DNA from: Selaginella moellendorffii
Lineage: Eukaryota > Plantae > Lycopodiophyta
Direction: 5' to 3'
DNA: 64,000 bases
Assembly (NCBI RefSeq): GCF_000143415.4
Contig: NW_003314307.1
Location: 1,158,952-1,222,951 of the forward strand
Shown here one piece after another: positions 12,819 to 25,087 of this stretch (positions are counted from its first letter, which is position 1; every line of letters starts with the position of its first letter). The translations under genes and the position numbers were made by a program. Below the pieces are notes generated by a model that saw nothing but the letters and a program-made list of their open reading frames with translations, was not told the origin of the DNA and did not search any database.

Positions 12819-14222
12819 CTAAACCCTTTCAGCCGCTCGAGCCCACAGATCACTGACGCATCGGTAGTGTTGCTCACCTGGAATCAAGCCGTAGTCCCTC
12901 TCCATGGAGTCCAGCACGCGCATCCCCATTCCAACCCTGCCCCAATGGCTGCATGCTACCAGCGCCGAGGCAAAGCAAGCGCGATCCGGCGATTCCACGA
13001 GCTTGGCCTCGTTGAAGATCTCTACTGCCCGATCGAAGGCCGCATTGCGAGTGTAGGAGTCCATCATCGCGGTGAGAGCCACCAGGTCCTTCTCCGGCAT
13101 GGCCACGAACACGCCCAGGGCGCGCTCCAAGAGGCCTAGCTGCGCGTAGCCATAGACGAGCAGCGTCCAAGAGTATGGATTCTTCTCCGGCATCGCATCG
13201 AACAGGCGCTTGGATTCGTGGATCCTGCCCTCGCGGATGTAGGCGCCGAGCATCGTGTTCCAGGAGACCAGATCCAGGACTGGAATCCGATTCCACAGCC
13301 GCTCCACAGCCTCGTCGAGATTATTGCCGCAGTAGGCCGCCAGGATCGCGTTCCAGGCGGCTAAGCTGTGATCCGGCATGAGATCAAACACGACCTTGGC
13401 TTCTTCCATTCGAGCCGATTGAGCGTGCAAGGAAAGAAGCGCGGTGGAGGAGATTTCGTCGTGGACGGGCAAAGATTCACACAATGCCGCCACAGCCGCT
13501 GCCTGGTATTCACTACCGATCATCTGCGAGAAGAGATTGAGCATCATCGTGGCGGAGACGATATCCCACTGCGACATCGCCTCATTAAAGAATCGCTGCG
13601 CCTCGGCGTAGCTCCCGCCCTGGACGAGCGCCAGCAGCATCGAATTCCAGGAGATGAGATCCAGCTCCGGCATTCCCTGGAAAACCCTCGTCGCCTCTTC
13701 CAGCAGCCCCTTCTTGGCGTATCCCGCCAACATCGCATTCAAACAAGCCCTATCGCGCAGCTCCATCGCCAACAGAATGTCCCGCGCAGCTTCCAAACGC
13801 CCGTGATCGGCATATTCTGCTAGCATCGCGGTCGACGACACAAGATCCCACGCCGGCATGCGTTGGAACACGGAAAAAGCGGCCTCTGCATGGCCGCCAC
13901 GTATGCTGGCCGTTAAAAGGCTTGTCCACGTCACGACGTCCCACAGTGGCATCGCGTGGAACACTCGCAAAGCTTCTTCCAAATGCCCCAATTGGGCAAA
14001 TGCTTCCACGAGAGAATTCGAAGCGACGAGATCTTTGTGTGGCATTTGCGTAAAGATTTCCACTGCTAGCTCGATTCTCGCGCTGCGAGCGTAGGCATTG
14101 AGCATGATCGTGTAGGAGATCGCGTCGCGCAGTGGCATTCGATCGAAGACGCTCTTCACGCCATCCAGATTCTTCCTCCGGGCATTCGCGGCAAGCAGTG
14201 AGTTCCACTGCGACAATCCCAT
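12819..14222 (-). CDS. Pentatricopeptide repeat protein, PLS class, truncated before the E domain
   Basis: Intronless 467-aa ORF of PPR repeats with ACSHWG; ends HYRCVSDLWARAAERV*. Confidence 0.88.
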   Translation of the reverse strand: MGLSQWNSLLAANARRKNLDGVKSVFDRMPLRDAISYTIMLNAYARSARIELAVEIFTQMPHKDLVASNSLVEAFAQLGHLEEALRVFHAMPLWDVVTWTSLLTASIRGGHAEAAFSVFQRMPAWDLVSSTAMLAEYADHGRLEAARDILLAMELRDRACLNAMLAGYAKKGLLEEATRVFQGMPELDLISWNSMLLALVQGGSYAEAQRFFNEAMSQWDIVSATMMLNLFSQMIGSEYQAAAVAALCESLPVHDEISSTALLSLHAQSARMEEAKVVFDLMPDHSLAAWNAILAAYCGNNLDEAVERLWNRIPVLDLVSWNTMLGAYIREGRIHESKRLFDAMPEKNPYSWTLLVYGYAQLGLLERALGVFVAMPEKDLVALTAMMDSYTRNAAFDRAVEIFNEAKLVESPDRACFASALVACSHWGRVGMGMRVLDSMERDYGLIPGEQHYRCVSDLWARAAERV

Positions 14223-14315
14223 ATCGCTCCCGCAAAATCGAAGCGATTCAATTCACAAAACTGGTGTCAGTAGACAAAATTTCCTCGAAGGAATGGAGAG
14301 AAGAATCTATACTTC

Positions 14316-14996
14316 CTATCGGTGCCTCCTCGAGGGATCGTCTTCCTCGCCTCCGCCTCTCAAATCCTTCCCATTCTCACCCTGATCCACACTGCCACCA
14401 CCGCCACTGGAACCATCAGCATTGCCAGGGATCTCTGCCTCTCGATCCAGCACGGCGTCGAGAATTCCAGCCAAAATTTCGCCAGTAAAACCCTCCGGAT
14501 CCTCCAAATCCCCCGGCAATGGACTCGGTCTCGCAAAGAAATGCGGCTCCTCGTCGCCGGGCATCAACACCAAGAAAGCCCCATCGTAGTTCTCGCTACC
14601 CTCGTCCTCTCCGGCGGCGGCATCCATAGCCGCAAGAGCTGCGGCCGATTCCACGTCCAATCCCACCCTGGCCGGCCTCCGGTACTTGTAATACGAGTAG
14701 AAGAGCAGCAGCAACGCGATCGCGATGAGGAAGAGCATGACGCACAGGCCGGCGATGACGATCACCATCGTTGGAGCTGGCTCCTGGCATCCCACCGATC
14801 CGTCGGGGCACAGATTCTGCGATGGCGGCAGGGTTCCTCGATCGAGCTTGGCACCTGCGCGAAATATTTCGTGAGGAAAGATTGAAAAGCACGCCATCAC
14901 GGACCGAAATTTGGAGCAGCAGCGCCTCCCCCGCCCATCTCCTCCCGGTTCTTGCTCGTCCAAGCGCTCGCGATCAAGAAGATCACATCTCTCCAT
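14316..14996 (-). CDS. GLUTAMINE DUMPER (GDU)-like single-pass membrane protein
   Basis: The TM helix IAGLCVMLFLIAIALLLLFYSYYK resembles the GDU consensus FGGLAAMLGLIAFALLILACSYW. FLVLMPGDEEPHFFARP resembles the VIMAG domain. ATG at 14996; a short 5' intron is possible. Confidence 0.7.
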   Translation of the reverse strand: MERCDLLDRERLDEQEPGGDGRGRRCCSKFRSVMACFSIFPHEIFRAGAKLDRGTLPPSQNLCPDGSVGCQEPAPTMVIVIAGLCVMLFLIAIALLLLFYSYYKYRRPARVGLDVESAAALAAMDAAAGEDEGSENYDGAFLVLMPGDEEPHFFARPSPLPGDLEDPEGFTGEILAGILDAVLDREAEIPGNADGSSGGGGSVDQGENGKDLRGGGEEDDPSRRHR

Positions 14997-15293
14997 CCTG
15001 CTGTGGCAGCCGCGGCTCCCCTGCAGCTCAAAGTCTTGGATCCGCGCAAGATGATCGAAAACCCTCACTACTTCTCGAGCTCGCGGAGGCGATCATCGCT
15101 ATCCCCGGCGACGCCTTAGGCGGCAAGAAAGAACTTATGAAGGATCGCGTCTTTTGAGCTGACCTAGGCTAGCTACATTCTTTTGAGCAGGCCAGGTCGG
15201 TGGTTCGATACTCCTTCCTTTCTCTTCCTGGTTATTAGGGCGAGCAATGGCGCCCCTGAGCTAGAGGTGAGCAGCGGTGCCGACGAGCGATCG

Positions 15294-17937
15294 ATGGAGG
15301 CGCTGTCCAGCTTCAAGCCGATCTGCAATCGAGCGCAGGGCCAGATCGATCCCTTGCTTGCCGCGCATTGCAACAGCACCGCATTCTTGTTCTCCATCAA
15401 TCCTTCCCGCTACGAGGATTTGCACGTCGTGGTGTCCGACTTCCATTCCAACACCTGGCGCGCGAGCTTCGACTACGACTACCTCGAAAATCTGGTGAGC
15501 ATTGTGTCTGTGCTCAACGATTTCTGGCTATAGCTTGAGTGGTTCTACTGCAGAGAAATGAGCTGGGAATACGCGATAGCTTCCCTGTCTATATGCAAAA
15601 TCTACACGATGGCTTTTCATCCAACCAAGTGAAGTTTGAGCTCAGCGCGGCAGCACCTAGTCGTGAGTTTCTTCTTTATGCTTGCTTAGTTTTTCTGGTG
15701 TTCTTCTCGAACACTTCCCTCACTTTTCAAATGCTCCCATCCCAGGTGCTGCTGCATCGGGACGACTGAAAACCAGGATCTCCTTGAGAGAAATCTCGCT
15801 GGAGCTGGAGCTTTCAGAAGGGAGATGTGCCAGCGACAACATGAGCACACTGATTTGGGAGTTTTTCGAGATCCTTTCAGCAGGTTGGTTCTTAGAGACG
15901 GCGTGTTGCTTCTTGTTTGTCATGCCTTAGTTCATCGCTGATGTAGCCTTTTTGATTTGAAGCTTCTTCTCGCAGCCAAGAGCCGAGTGTTCCATTTGGA
16001 AGCTGCTCTAGCGGAAGGGAAGGTACACGGAGCAAGCTCGCTCTTATAACTGCTAATGTTTTTCATCTCACAGATCAAAACTTTGAAAGTTTTGGATACT
16101 GTGGAGTGCATTAGAGCGAAACAGAGGGCCATGGCTATAAACGTCAGCCCTTTGAACCCGTCGCGGAAGCAGCCCAAACCTGTTTTGCAAGCGGCACCCT
16201 CGACTGTCAAGGTATTTAGTATTCGTCTTCCTTCTCCAAACAGCTTGTTCTTCTAGTTTCCCAGTAATTCATCCGACGGGAGCTTTTTCCTTGGAGAAGC
16301 TCCTTGCAGCCCGGACTTGAAGCTTGAAGAAACGTATTGTGCCGGTACGTATTCCAGCTCTGGCACTATGCTTCTGCTTACGTTGAAAATGCAGGCGGTG
16401 ATGAGATGAGCGCTTCTACTGCGAATGGTATTCATGACCAACTATTTGAGGCAATGCCAAATAATCAAGGTCTACTTCCGTCCCTGGATATGCAGCCGCA
16501 TATTAATGCTGACGCTGATCGAGAAGAGAAGAATCGAAGCCTATGTAGTGATTTGTGGGCGAAGTATGCGAAGATTTTCTTGCAGCTTGGTTTACATGCT
16601 AATGTTTTTCTTTCTACTGTCATTTTCCAGGCGGCATTTCTTAGAATGGAGGAAAGAGCAGGGACTGCCATCTTCTAATCTCGAGGATCTACCTCTGCCA
16701 GAACTTGCTGATTGTCTTACAAAGTTCTTTCGCATGGTAAAGAAGCGGAACGGAAGCCTTTTTCCTTCGGAAAGGTACAGGTTTATCTTTCCTGTTTTTT
16801 TCTGATTACCCACGCAAACTCGTTTTTCTGTTTCTAGTTTGCGTGCCATGTTCCGGGCATTTTGCCGCATTCTCAGATCTCACTACAGAAAACTACAACT
16901 ACAGGGACAATATGATGGTCCTGGGGTCGACTTGAGCAGAGACTCACTCTTTGAAAGAGCGAGGCTTGCATGTCTCGAAGCTATGAAGTATAGCAAATCA
17001 CACGGAGGAAATGTGAAACGAAGGAAGAAGCCTGACGAATGGATTCCTGCTCCGGAGGAGGACATTCTTTGCCATCCTGCAAACCAAGTGACGGACCCGT
17101 ATGGTTTGCTGAAGAGGCTTTGCTTCTACGTCATACGCAAGTTTCATGTCCATGGACATATGGAACTCTACTATACGACGGACGTAGAGTTCAAACGATT
17201 TGGGAACGGGGACGGCACTGCGACCTGGGAGTAAGTTCTCGCTCGTCTTATTCTTTCATCTTTCTGGTTATAATGGCTTGAAAATGTTTGCTTTCAGATA
17301 CGATGAGAAAAGAGCTGCAAATCACAAGCGAAAATCCTCGTTTAGAGAGCCTGTGTCGTGCTCCGAGAGTGACGTCGTGCTATGTCTGGACAAGTACTTC
17401 TTCCACGCGCCTCCAAAAGCTTCCGCGAGCGAACCAAGGCAACTCTTTCTAGCTCCGATCGGAAAGCCCGAATCGAACGTAAGTCGTGCATATATCTTTT
17501 CCTCCTTGCTGATACCTTTCTTCTCTTCACAGGTCTGGTACCGGAACCAAATCATGAATCTCAAAACTTTGCGTGGATGGTATAGATACATGGGCCCAAT
17601 GCCAGGTCGAGCCGATTCCGATCCACACCTGAGGTAAACTTTGCGTTTTATACCAGTTTTCGTCTCCATTCCTGACTCGATCATCAGTAGCAGCATGTCA
17701 CAAATGGACGTACTTTACCACGACAGTGATCCGGATCACAACTTGGACGCTGCCGTGAGCTCGGCTGCGTACCTCACGACTCCCAGAGAGTTCCAAGACT
17801 CCGGGAGCTTCGAAAGAAATGGCGGCGGCGGCGTCGTTCCAATGGGGCTGGGATTGGGCTGTGGCGGGGACGAAGAACACTACGATGGTTTCGACGCAAG
17901 CATCAACGACGATCTCTCGGACAACGAGCGCTACTAG
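15294..17937 (+). CDS. Predicted ~652-aa protein: plant PAXX/XRCC4-superfamily-like head and coiled coil fused to a Crypton-derived DUF3504-like (degenerate tyrosine recombinase) domain
   Basis: Twelve phase-consistent GT-AG exons: 15294-15494, 15554-15662, 15746-15883, 15976-16022, 16074-16211, 16257-16344, 16395-16563, 16631-16774, 16838-17230, 17298-17478, 17533-17633, 17688-17937 (1959 nt, no internal stop). The N-terminus (SFKPI...FLFSI...LHVVVSDFHSNTW...LENLRNELGI) resembles the At5g64010-type family. The C-terminal half (WAKRHFLEW...ELADCLTKFFRMVKKRNGSLFPSESL...DPYGLLKRLCFY...VWYRNQIMNLKTL) resembles ZMYM/KCTD1/QRICH1 DUF3504. Confidence 0.7.
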
Positions 17938-17992
17938 AAGAGGTTTTTGCTTTCCATTATTTTCTATCCATCTCTTCGATCGAGAAGCTTTC

Positions 17993-18782
<790 letters not shown>

Positions 18783-18994
18783 CTACTTCTAATCGCTCAA
18801 GTAGCCATGGAAAGCATATTCGAGGAATCTAAACAGAGGAACCCTAACCCCAGGTTAATTTGTTTAATGTGGGAATTATGCGATTGGCTGGATTCCGGAT
18901 TGGGCGTAGAAGCTTTTGTGGCCGCAGGGCTGCGTTCCAGTGTTTGTGGAAAGCACCCTAGAAAGAAAGAGAGAAAGGGAGTGGAAGCAACACG

Positions 18995-19730
18995 ATGGCG
19001 CTCCGGTCTATGGCGGCGCAAGCTGCCACGATTCTGAGAATTCGATGCCAGCCTCACCTGGCGCAGGCCTTGGCGATTCCACTGGCGCGCGGATTTGCAA
19101 GTAAGTCCTGGGATTTTCATCGCAATGTAGGCTTCTTGGCATGGATCTAGCACGCAAATTCAGCGTGATTCTTACCCTCTTTCGTTTTTTCTTCCAGCCG
19201 AAGCTCCAATCCCCCAAGACTTGAAATTTCTGGAATCGCACGAATGGGTCAAGGTGGAGAGTGGGACTGGAACTGTGGGTATCAGCGACCATGCCCAGGT
19301 AAAACGAGCTAGAAATTTTTAGTTTTATTTTCTATCTCTCGTGATTGTCGTGTGTATGTAGCATGAATTGGGTGATGTGGTGTTTGCGGATTTGCCAGAA
19401 GTTGGGTCTTCTGTGACGAAAGGGAAGAACTTTGGTGTGGTGGAGAGCGTCAAGGCTTGCAGCGATATCTACAGCCCAGTGTCTGGCGAAGTGATTGAAG
19501 TGAACGAAGAAGTCAAGCAAACTCCAGCGCTCGTAAGTGACACCAGGAGCAAAACGAAGCTTTTTTTTTTTTCTTGAATCACTCCCGAATTGCTTTCTTG
19601 CTTCCAGGTGAACAAGAATGCGTTTGGCGAGGGATGGCTGATCAAAGTGAAGATGTCCAACGTCTCCGATCTCGACGGCCTAATGGACCCAGCTGCGTAC
19701 GAAGAACACGTAAAGAGTGGAGGGCACTAG
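18995..19730 (+). CDS. GDCH: Glycine cleavage system H protein, mitochondrial
   Basis: Exons 18995-19100, 19198-19298, 19362-19532, 19608-19730 (166 aa). Transit-peptide-like N-terminus; [20 protein letters not shown], lipoyl-lysine motif VESVKA and GEGWLIKV. Confidence 0.96.
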
Positions 19731-20849
19731 CCTAGCTAGCCATAAAATCAAAGAGAGAGCCAAGTTCTTTCAAGCTCAAATGCTCTCATCATCTCTGGGG
19801 TTGAGATCAATTTCATGTTTAGACTTTGAGATCGGATAGGCTGGGAGGTATCACTGGTTGACATGAATCTGATCTTGTGAGCTAGAAAGTGAGAGTGATA
19901 CGCATCTCCACAAACTTCCTATGAGACCTGCATCACAATCCTTGCCTGTAGCAGTGCCACGAATGAAAAGTTTTCTTCATCTGCAAAAGAAAACAAAGTT
20001 GGCAAGAGTTTACAACAATGCGCACACCTCTCGGAGTGGAGAACCAATTGTAGGTATTCATTGAGTTTTACTTACCTACAAGGCCTACTTTTCAGATTTT
20101 CTTACTAGGTGATTGTCATAGAGGGCACGGATGCAATCACTCTAGAAGTCTTGTATCCCATGCCTTTCAGGTTCAAGCTCGCTGCTTGCTTCTAAAGTTG
20201 CGGAAATGAGAGTTGGTGTGGATGAGGTGATCAGGAAAAGATGATGTGGATGTGAGAAGTATTTTCTTTCTTTTAAGTTTCTTGATTAAATTCCGTATAA
20301 AACTTGATGTACTTCCAGCATAAGGAAAAAAAGTAGCGCTAGTTTTGGTTTGCCTGCACACTAAAACAGCTTAGACCAGTCAGTTAGAATCTCGGTTTCC
20401 CAAAGCATGCGTTTCGGGTTCGATTCCCCATGTTACTTAAGAATATTGGGGATGGATAGATGATGCATTCCCGTTGCTCGCGACTCTTTGCCACTGCCGT
20501 GAAAATCCAGAAAAATCGCTACAATCGTCACGGGGAACAGTAATCAGCAACGTATGTAGTCTCCTCCAGAACAAAGGAAAATCCTCTGGAGGTAGCTGCG
20601 AGGCTTTTAAATTCGACAAAGCTCTCGAAGTCCTGTTTCCTTGGTCTTTGCTAGATGTATCATTGAGAAAAAACCGAGCGTCGCAGATGCAGGAATACAA
20701 ACTCGCAACCCGGGGAGACTTATAGCTTCGATGATCAATGAGCATTCAACTCCCACGAAAAACTTGAAGAGGAAAGATAGAGCGACACGAACGAGCACTC
20801 GAGAAGTCTTGCGGCAGTAAGGAGGAACTTGAACAGGTGCTCGCCAGAT

Positions 20850-21734
20850 TCGGACGAGATGGGAACGATTTCCTGGCGCCAGATGAGGGAGCCTGGACGA
20901 AGCTCGGCGATTTTTCAACGACATAAAGCAGCGAACCGTGGTGTCCTGGAATGCGATCATGGAGAAAAGGATTTAGCACTGGAACTTTTCTCCACCATGC
21001 TGGATCAAGGCTTTGGCTGTTCGTGGTGCCTGCGCCGTCTTGGCAGCGGGAGAAGACGGCAGAGAGGTGGCTTGGATAAATGGTGAAAGTGGGCTCTCTG
21101 GAGAGAGCAATGTCTTTCCAGGAGGGGCCTCGAGTCTAACCGGTTTCTGGCAAGCATGCAACTCGACTTTTACGTCAAGTGTGGATCTCTGGAAGATGCT
21201 CCACAGGTTTTTGACAGGATCCAAGACCGCAGTGTGTCATCTTGGAACGTTATGATCCGGAGAGCAATCAAGGCGAAGTGGCTCTCGAGCTCTTTTCTCT
21301 GATGCAACGCACTAGAGGTGGTGAGCTGGATGCTCGGACATTCCTCGTGGCAGCCATTGCCTGCACGAGTCTGGCAGCTAGAGAAAGTGCAGAACTTCTG
21401 CAGGGAAAACTTATCAAGGTGGTCAATTTGGAAAGAGGCATGGCACTTCATAAACTACTTGGAGGAAAGGTCCCTGCGAACCTATTCGTTGGGAGAATCC
21501 TCATCAACTTGTACACGAAGTGCAGGAGCACGATGGACGCTACTCGGGTCTTTGAGAAGATGCGACGTGGTGCTGTGGACTGCTTTGGTTCTGGCATTTG
21601 TGGAAAACAAAGAGGATGAAGCGGCCTTGGAGGTTTTCTCTCGCATGCTGCAGGAGGAAAGCTTGGCACCGGACTCAAGAACTTTTGTCGCTGTCTTGAG
21701 AACAAAGCTTTACCATGGTGAGCCTCTGGTGTAG
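20850..21734 (+). pseudogene. Fragmented PLS-type PPR pseudogene
   Basis: PPR motifs scattered across frames (VVSWNAI, ALELFSTM, YVKCGSLEDA, NLYTKCRSTMDATRVFEKM, DVVLWTALVLAF, APDSRTFVAVL) with frameshifts and stops. Confidence 0.8.
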
Positions 21735-24700
21735 TGGCAGCTCCCTGATATCCCAGTTTCTGCTGTTCCTGCCAAGCCAAAACAAATCATGAGCAATTCG
21801 ATGGATCAATCGAAACATATCAGCCATTTTCCTTCCAAGTTATGCTTTTCTGATTATGATTATTGGACATTGTTTTCGTGAGGGAAACAATGCCAAAATC
21901 AATTTAGAGTTACAGCATAAACAGTCAGAGTGTTTACATGAGTTTACATTATTGTCTAACTATTTAGCTTTTCCAATGCTTGTCTCACATTTTCAACACT
22001 TGCAATTTTCTTAAACAGATTGTTTATTGTTTTCAATTCATAATACTTATGCATGTGTGGATGAGAATTCCATTGCTTGGCTGCAAGAAAAAGGATTCTA
22101 GCTTATCATCCACAATCACTGCCTTAATCTCGAGAGATTTTTCACAACTTTTTTCCCTACGACTTCCTTGGGTAAGCACGAATCTCTATACAGACAATGG
22201 GCAAAGAAATTCCCAGTTGGGTCGAGTTTGTCTAAAATCTTGTCCACATATGACTTCATTAAAGCACAATATTGTATATTTTATTCATCTCTTTTAGAAA
22301 GTCATCCACACTTAGCCTCTTTGCCACTGCAATGGAATAATTTCCCCACTAAAGAGCTTGAGGGATGCTATGGCTTTATAGGCATGAATTAGTGTTTCAT
22401 CCATATCCACATAAGCATGAGTTTTTTCTCCAAAACTGGTGGCAACAGCAAAGAATAATTTGACAACTTCACTTTTTTGTTCTTCTCTTTTAGTGGTGAT
22501 GTCGAGCATCACAAAACTCCTTTTCATAGCTGATAAAAATAATGCAAGCCCTAGATTAATCGTAACAAACCATTAATACACTTCCATGTAGAAATTCCAT
22601 GATGCCAACCCTAGTGCCGAGAGTCTCTAGGCAGCTCAAGCTCCATGCTCGGGATCCTTGTGGATCTTCTAGCAGTCTAAAATGAAAAAAAAGGGTATAA
22701 ATCAATTATTTACTTGCATGTAAATGTTTTGTTTCTATTCCATAGAACACAATCACTCAACAATTACAAAGCTTAAGATAAGATACAAACAAGAATGAAA
22801 GGCTTACCCTATTGCTTTGTAACATGCACAAACATAATAAGCCATTGCAATGCCAAAAATTTGCATATGTGATTAAAAATGTGAGAAATCAATGGAATAT
22901 TAGTTATAATATAATTGCAATTTCAATTTCAATTTCAATTTCTCATAAAAAAACCCACTACATTCAACATTCTAACAGCTCCAAAAAAAGCTTTACTCTC
23001 GCCTCTATACTTTAATCTCCACACTAATTGATCATTATCTAAATTAATGCACCATGCTATGAACAAGCTATGAGAAATGAGAGGCATTTGTGAAAGTGAT
23101 CAAAACACTATATTTATATTAGGGCATACTGCTCTGCAAGAAATTAGGTATAACTGCATAAAATAAGAGGTAAATGAAACTCATGCAAAGGAAAAGAGAG
23201 ATATTCACGATCAGAAGATTACAAATCTATACTCAATAACATAAGAATGAGACAATAAACCTTACTAAATTTATGGTGATGTTATGTTGTCTAACATGAC
23301 ATTTATTGCATAGCAATATAAGGTGTCATGCCCAATGCATATATAACATATCTTATAAAAAAAATATTATGCACATAATCATGTTTCAATTGTTTATATA
23401 ACAATTGAAAAGTGATTGTGTGCATAATAATAACTCAAAAAAAAAAAAAGAAAGATAGAAGACCATGCATGGTGTTTCACTTTGAGAATGATCGGGAAAA
23501 AAAATATTTTAGATTCAATGGCAAAGATTGCTATCACAATTAAAGCCAATAGCAAATAGAGGTGAATTAATATTGTATATGTAAAGGATCCACATGTTTT
23601 TTCTCCAACGCTAAATCTGGAGGAAGTTTGTGGCATTTCTCTAGTCTCTATGACAAAGTTAAGACTCTTTTGAAGATGAACTACCACACTTGTCTCATGT
23701 GGGAGGTAAAGTAGTATGTTTTGATCACAAGTTGGAGAATGTTCACACCTCACTTGAATTTACAAATTGGAGTTAAATTGTGATCAAACATTGTTTTGGC
23801 ATTAGAGACATATTGATGGTGGAGCTTTATGGTAGGTTTCGCATGTCATAAAGCATAAGAGGTGGCTTTAAGTTTCATGGCAAGGGAGGCAGATGACCCA
23901 AGAGCAGCACAAAATGTTCATGCTTATAATTTTATTACTTCGTGAGAGTTCATTCTTGATGTTGTTTTAGTCCCTATAGGACATTAAGGAATGTATATAT
24001 ATATATTATTCACATATGTGTAAATATATAATGCTCCTATGTGCAATCATAGCAAACGTCAGTTGATCGTCAAAAGCATCACACTCAATCTATACACATC
24101 TGCCTCGTCTCGCCAAACATTTCAGGATCGCCATAGACTTGATCAGCCACAGCACGGAACGAACTTCTCAACCTACCACCGGGTGTTCTTGGAGATTCCC
24201 GACCATGACATGAAGCACATTGGTGGAGTGGAGTTTGTCTCCTCCTGGTGCCTGAGGCGCTTTAACGAAGTCTTTTATGAGTGAAGGGTGGACATGTTCC
24301 GGGGAGACACTTTCTCCCTCCCGAGTTTCCACCCTGTAGAACACATTTCGAAAGAAGGAAATTCTTTTCGTCCTGATCTCATCGCACCCAAAGGAACCAG
24401 CCGATTGACATCTACCGACGTGATCACGAGCTCGCTGGTAGCATAGTAATCGAAGACGTCTTCGTCATTCTTGCTCCAAAAGGTCCTGGTACGTCCGGTC
24501 GTTGATGAGAGGTGGGAAATGGCGACGTGAGTGGTTCCTTGGGTGGAGGCACCGAGCGCTTGGAACAACGCACGCAATCAGCATCACGTACGTATGCTGA
24601 AAGATGATGGCTTACGAATCGAACACGGTGGTAAGGGAGTTGTTTGGAGGTCCAATCAGCTCTCTGGCGTTTGCACGTCCACGATCCCAAAGTCCCAGCT

Positions 24701-25087
24701 CGATCCTTGTCCCATCCTCCTGTGAGAAAGATGACTCCATTACGCGAGTTCAACCAGTATAAAGTTCAAGGAATACCTTGTCCATCCCAACGAGTGAATG
24801 GGAGAAACGCACTCGTTAAAGCCACTCAAAAGAGAAAATGGGAGTGATCGATCTTGGTAACCCGGTAACGAGACGCTCCACTCCCACAAGCCTGGGAGCC
24901 TACTCGTTAGCGTCACCTTGCCCCGTGATCCAAATGGAAAGGCTCAGCAATTCTCCAGCATACCAAGGGTGGCGCGGATCTATATCCTACCCCACAGCTG
25001 GGGTAGGATAGACTCTCCAGGGCTCGGCCGTGTCCCCGTACTGCTTCCTCCAACTGCGCCATAGCCCCGATTTTGAGTCTCCGTTGT

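Noticed and set aside
10631-14235. Many overlapping alternative-frame and antisense ORFs over the PPR genes
   Set aside because: Expected by-product of high-GC coding sequence.
19780-20400. Possible minus-strand exon fragments downstream of GDCH
   Set aside because: Splice-like signals are present but I could not build a consistent open reading frame.
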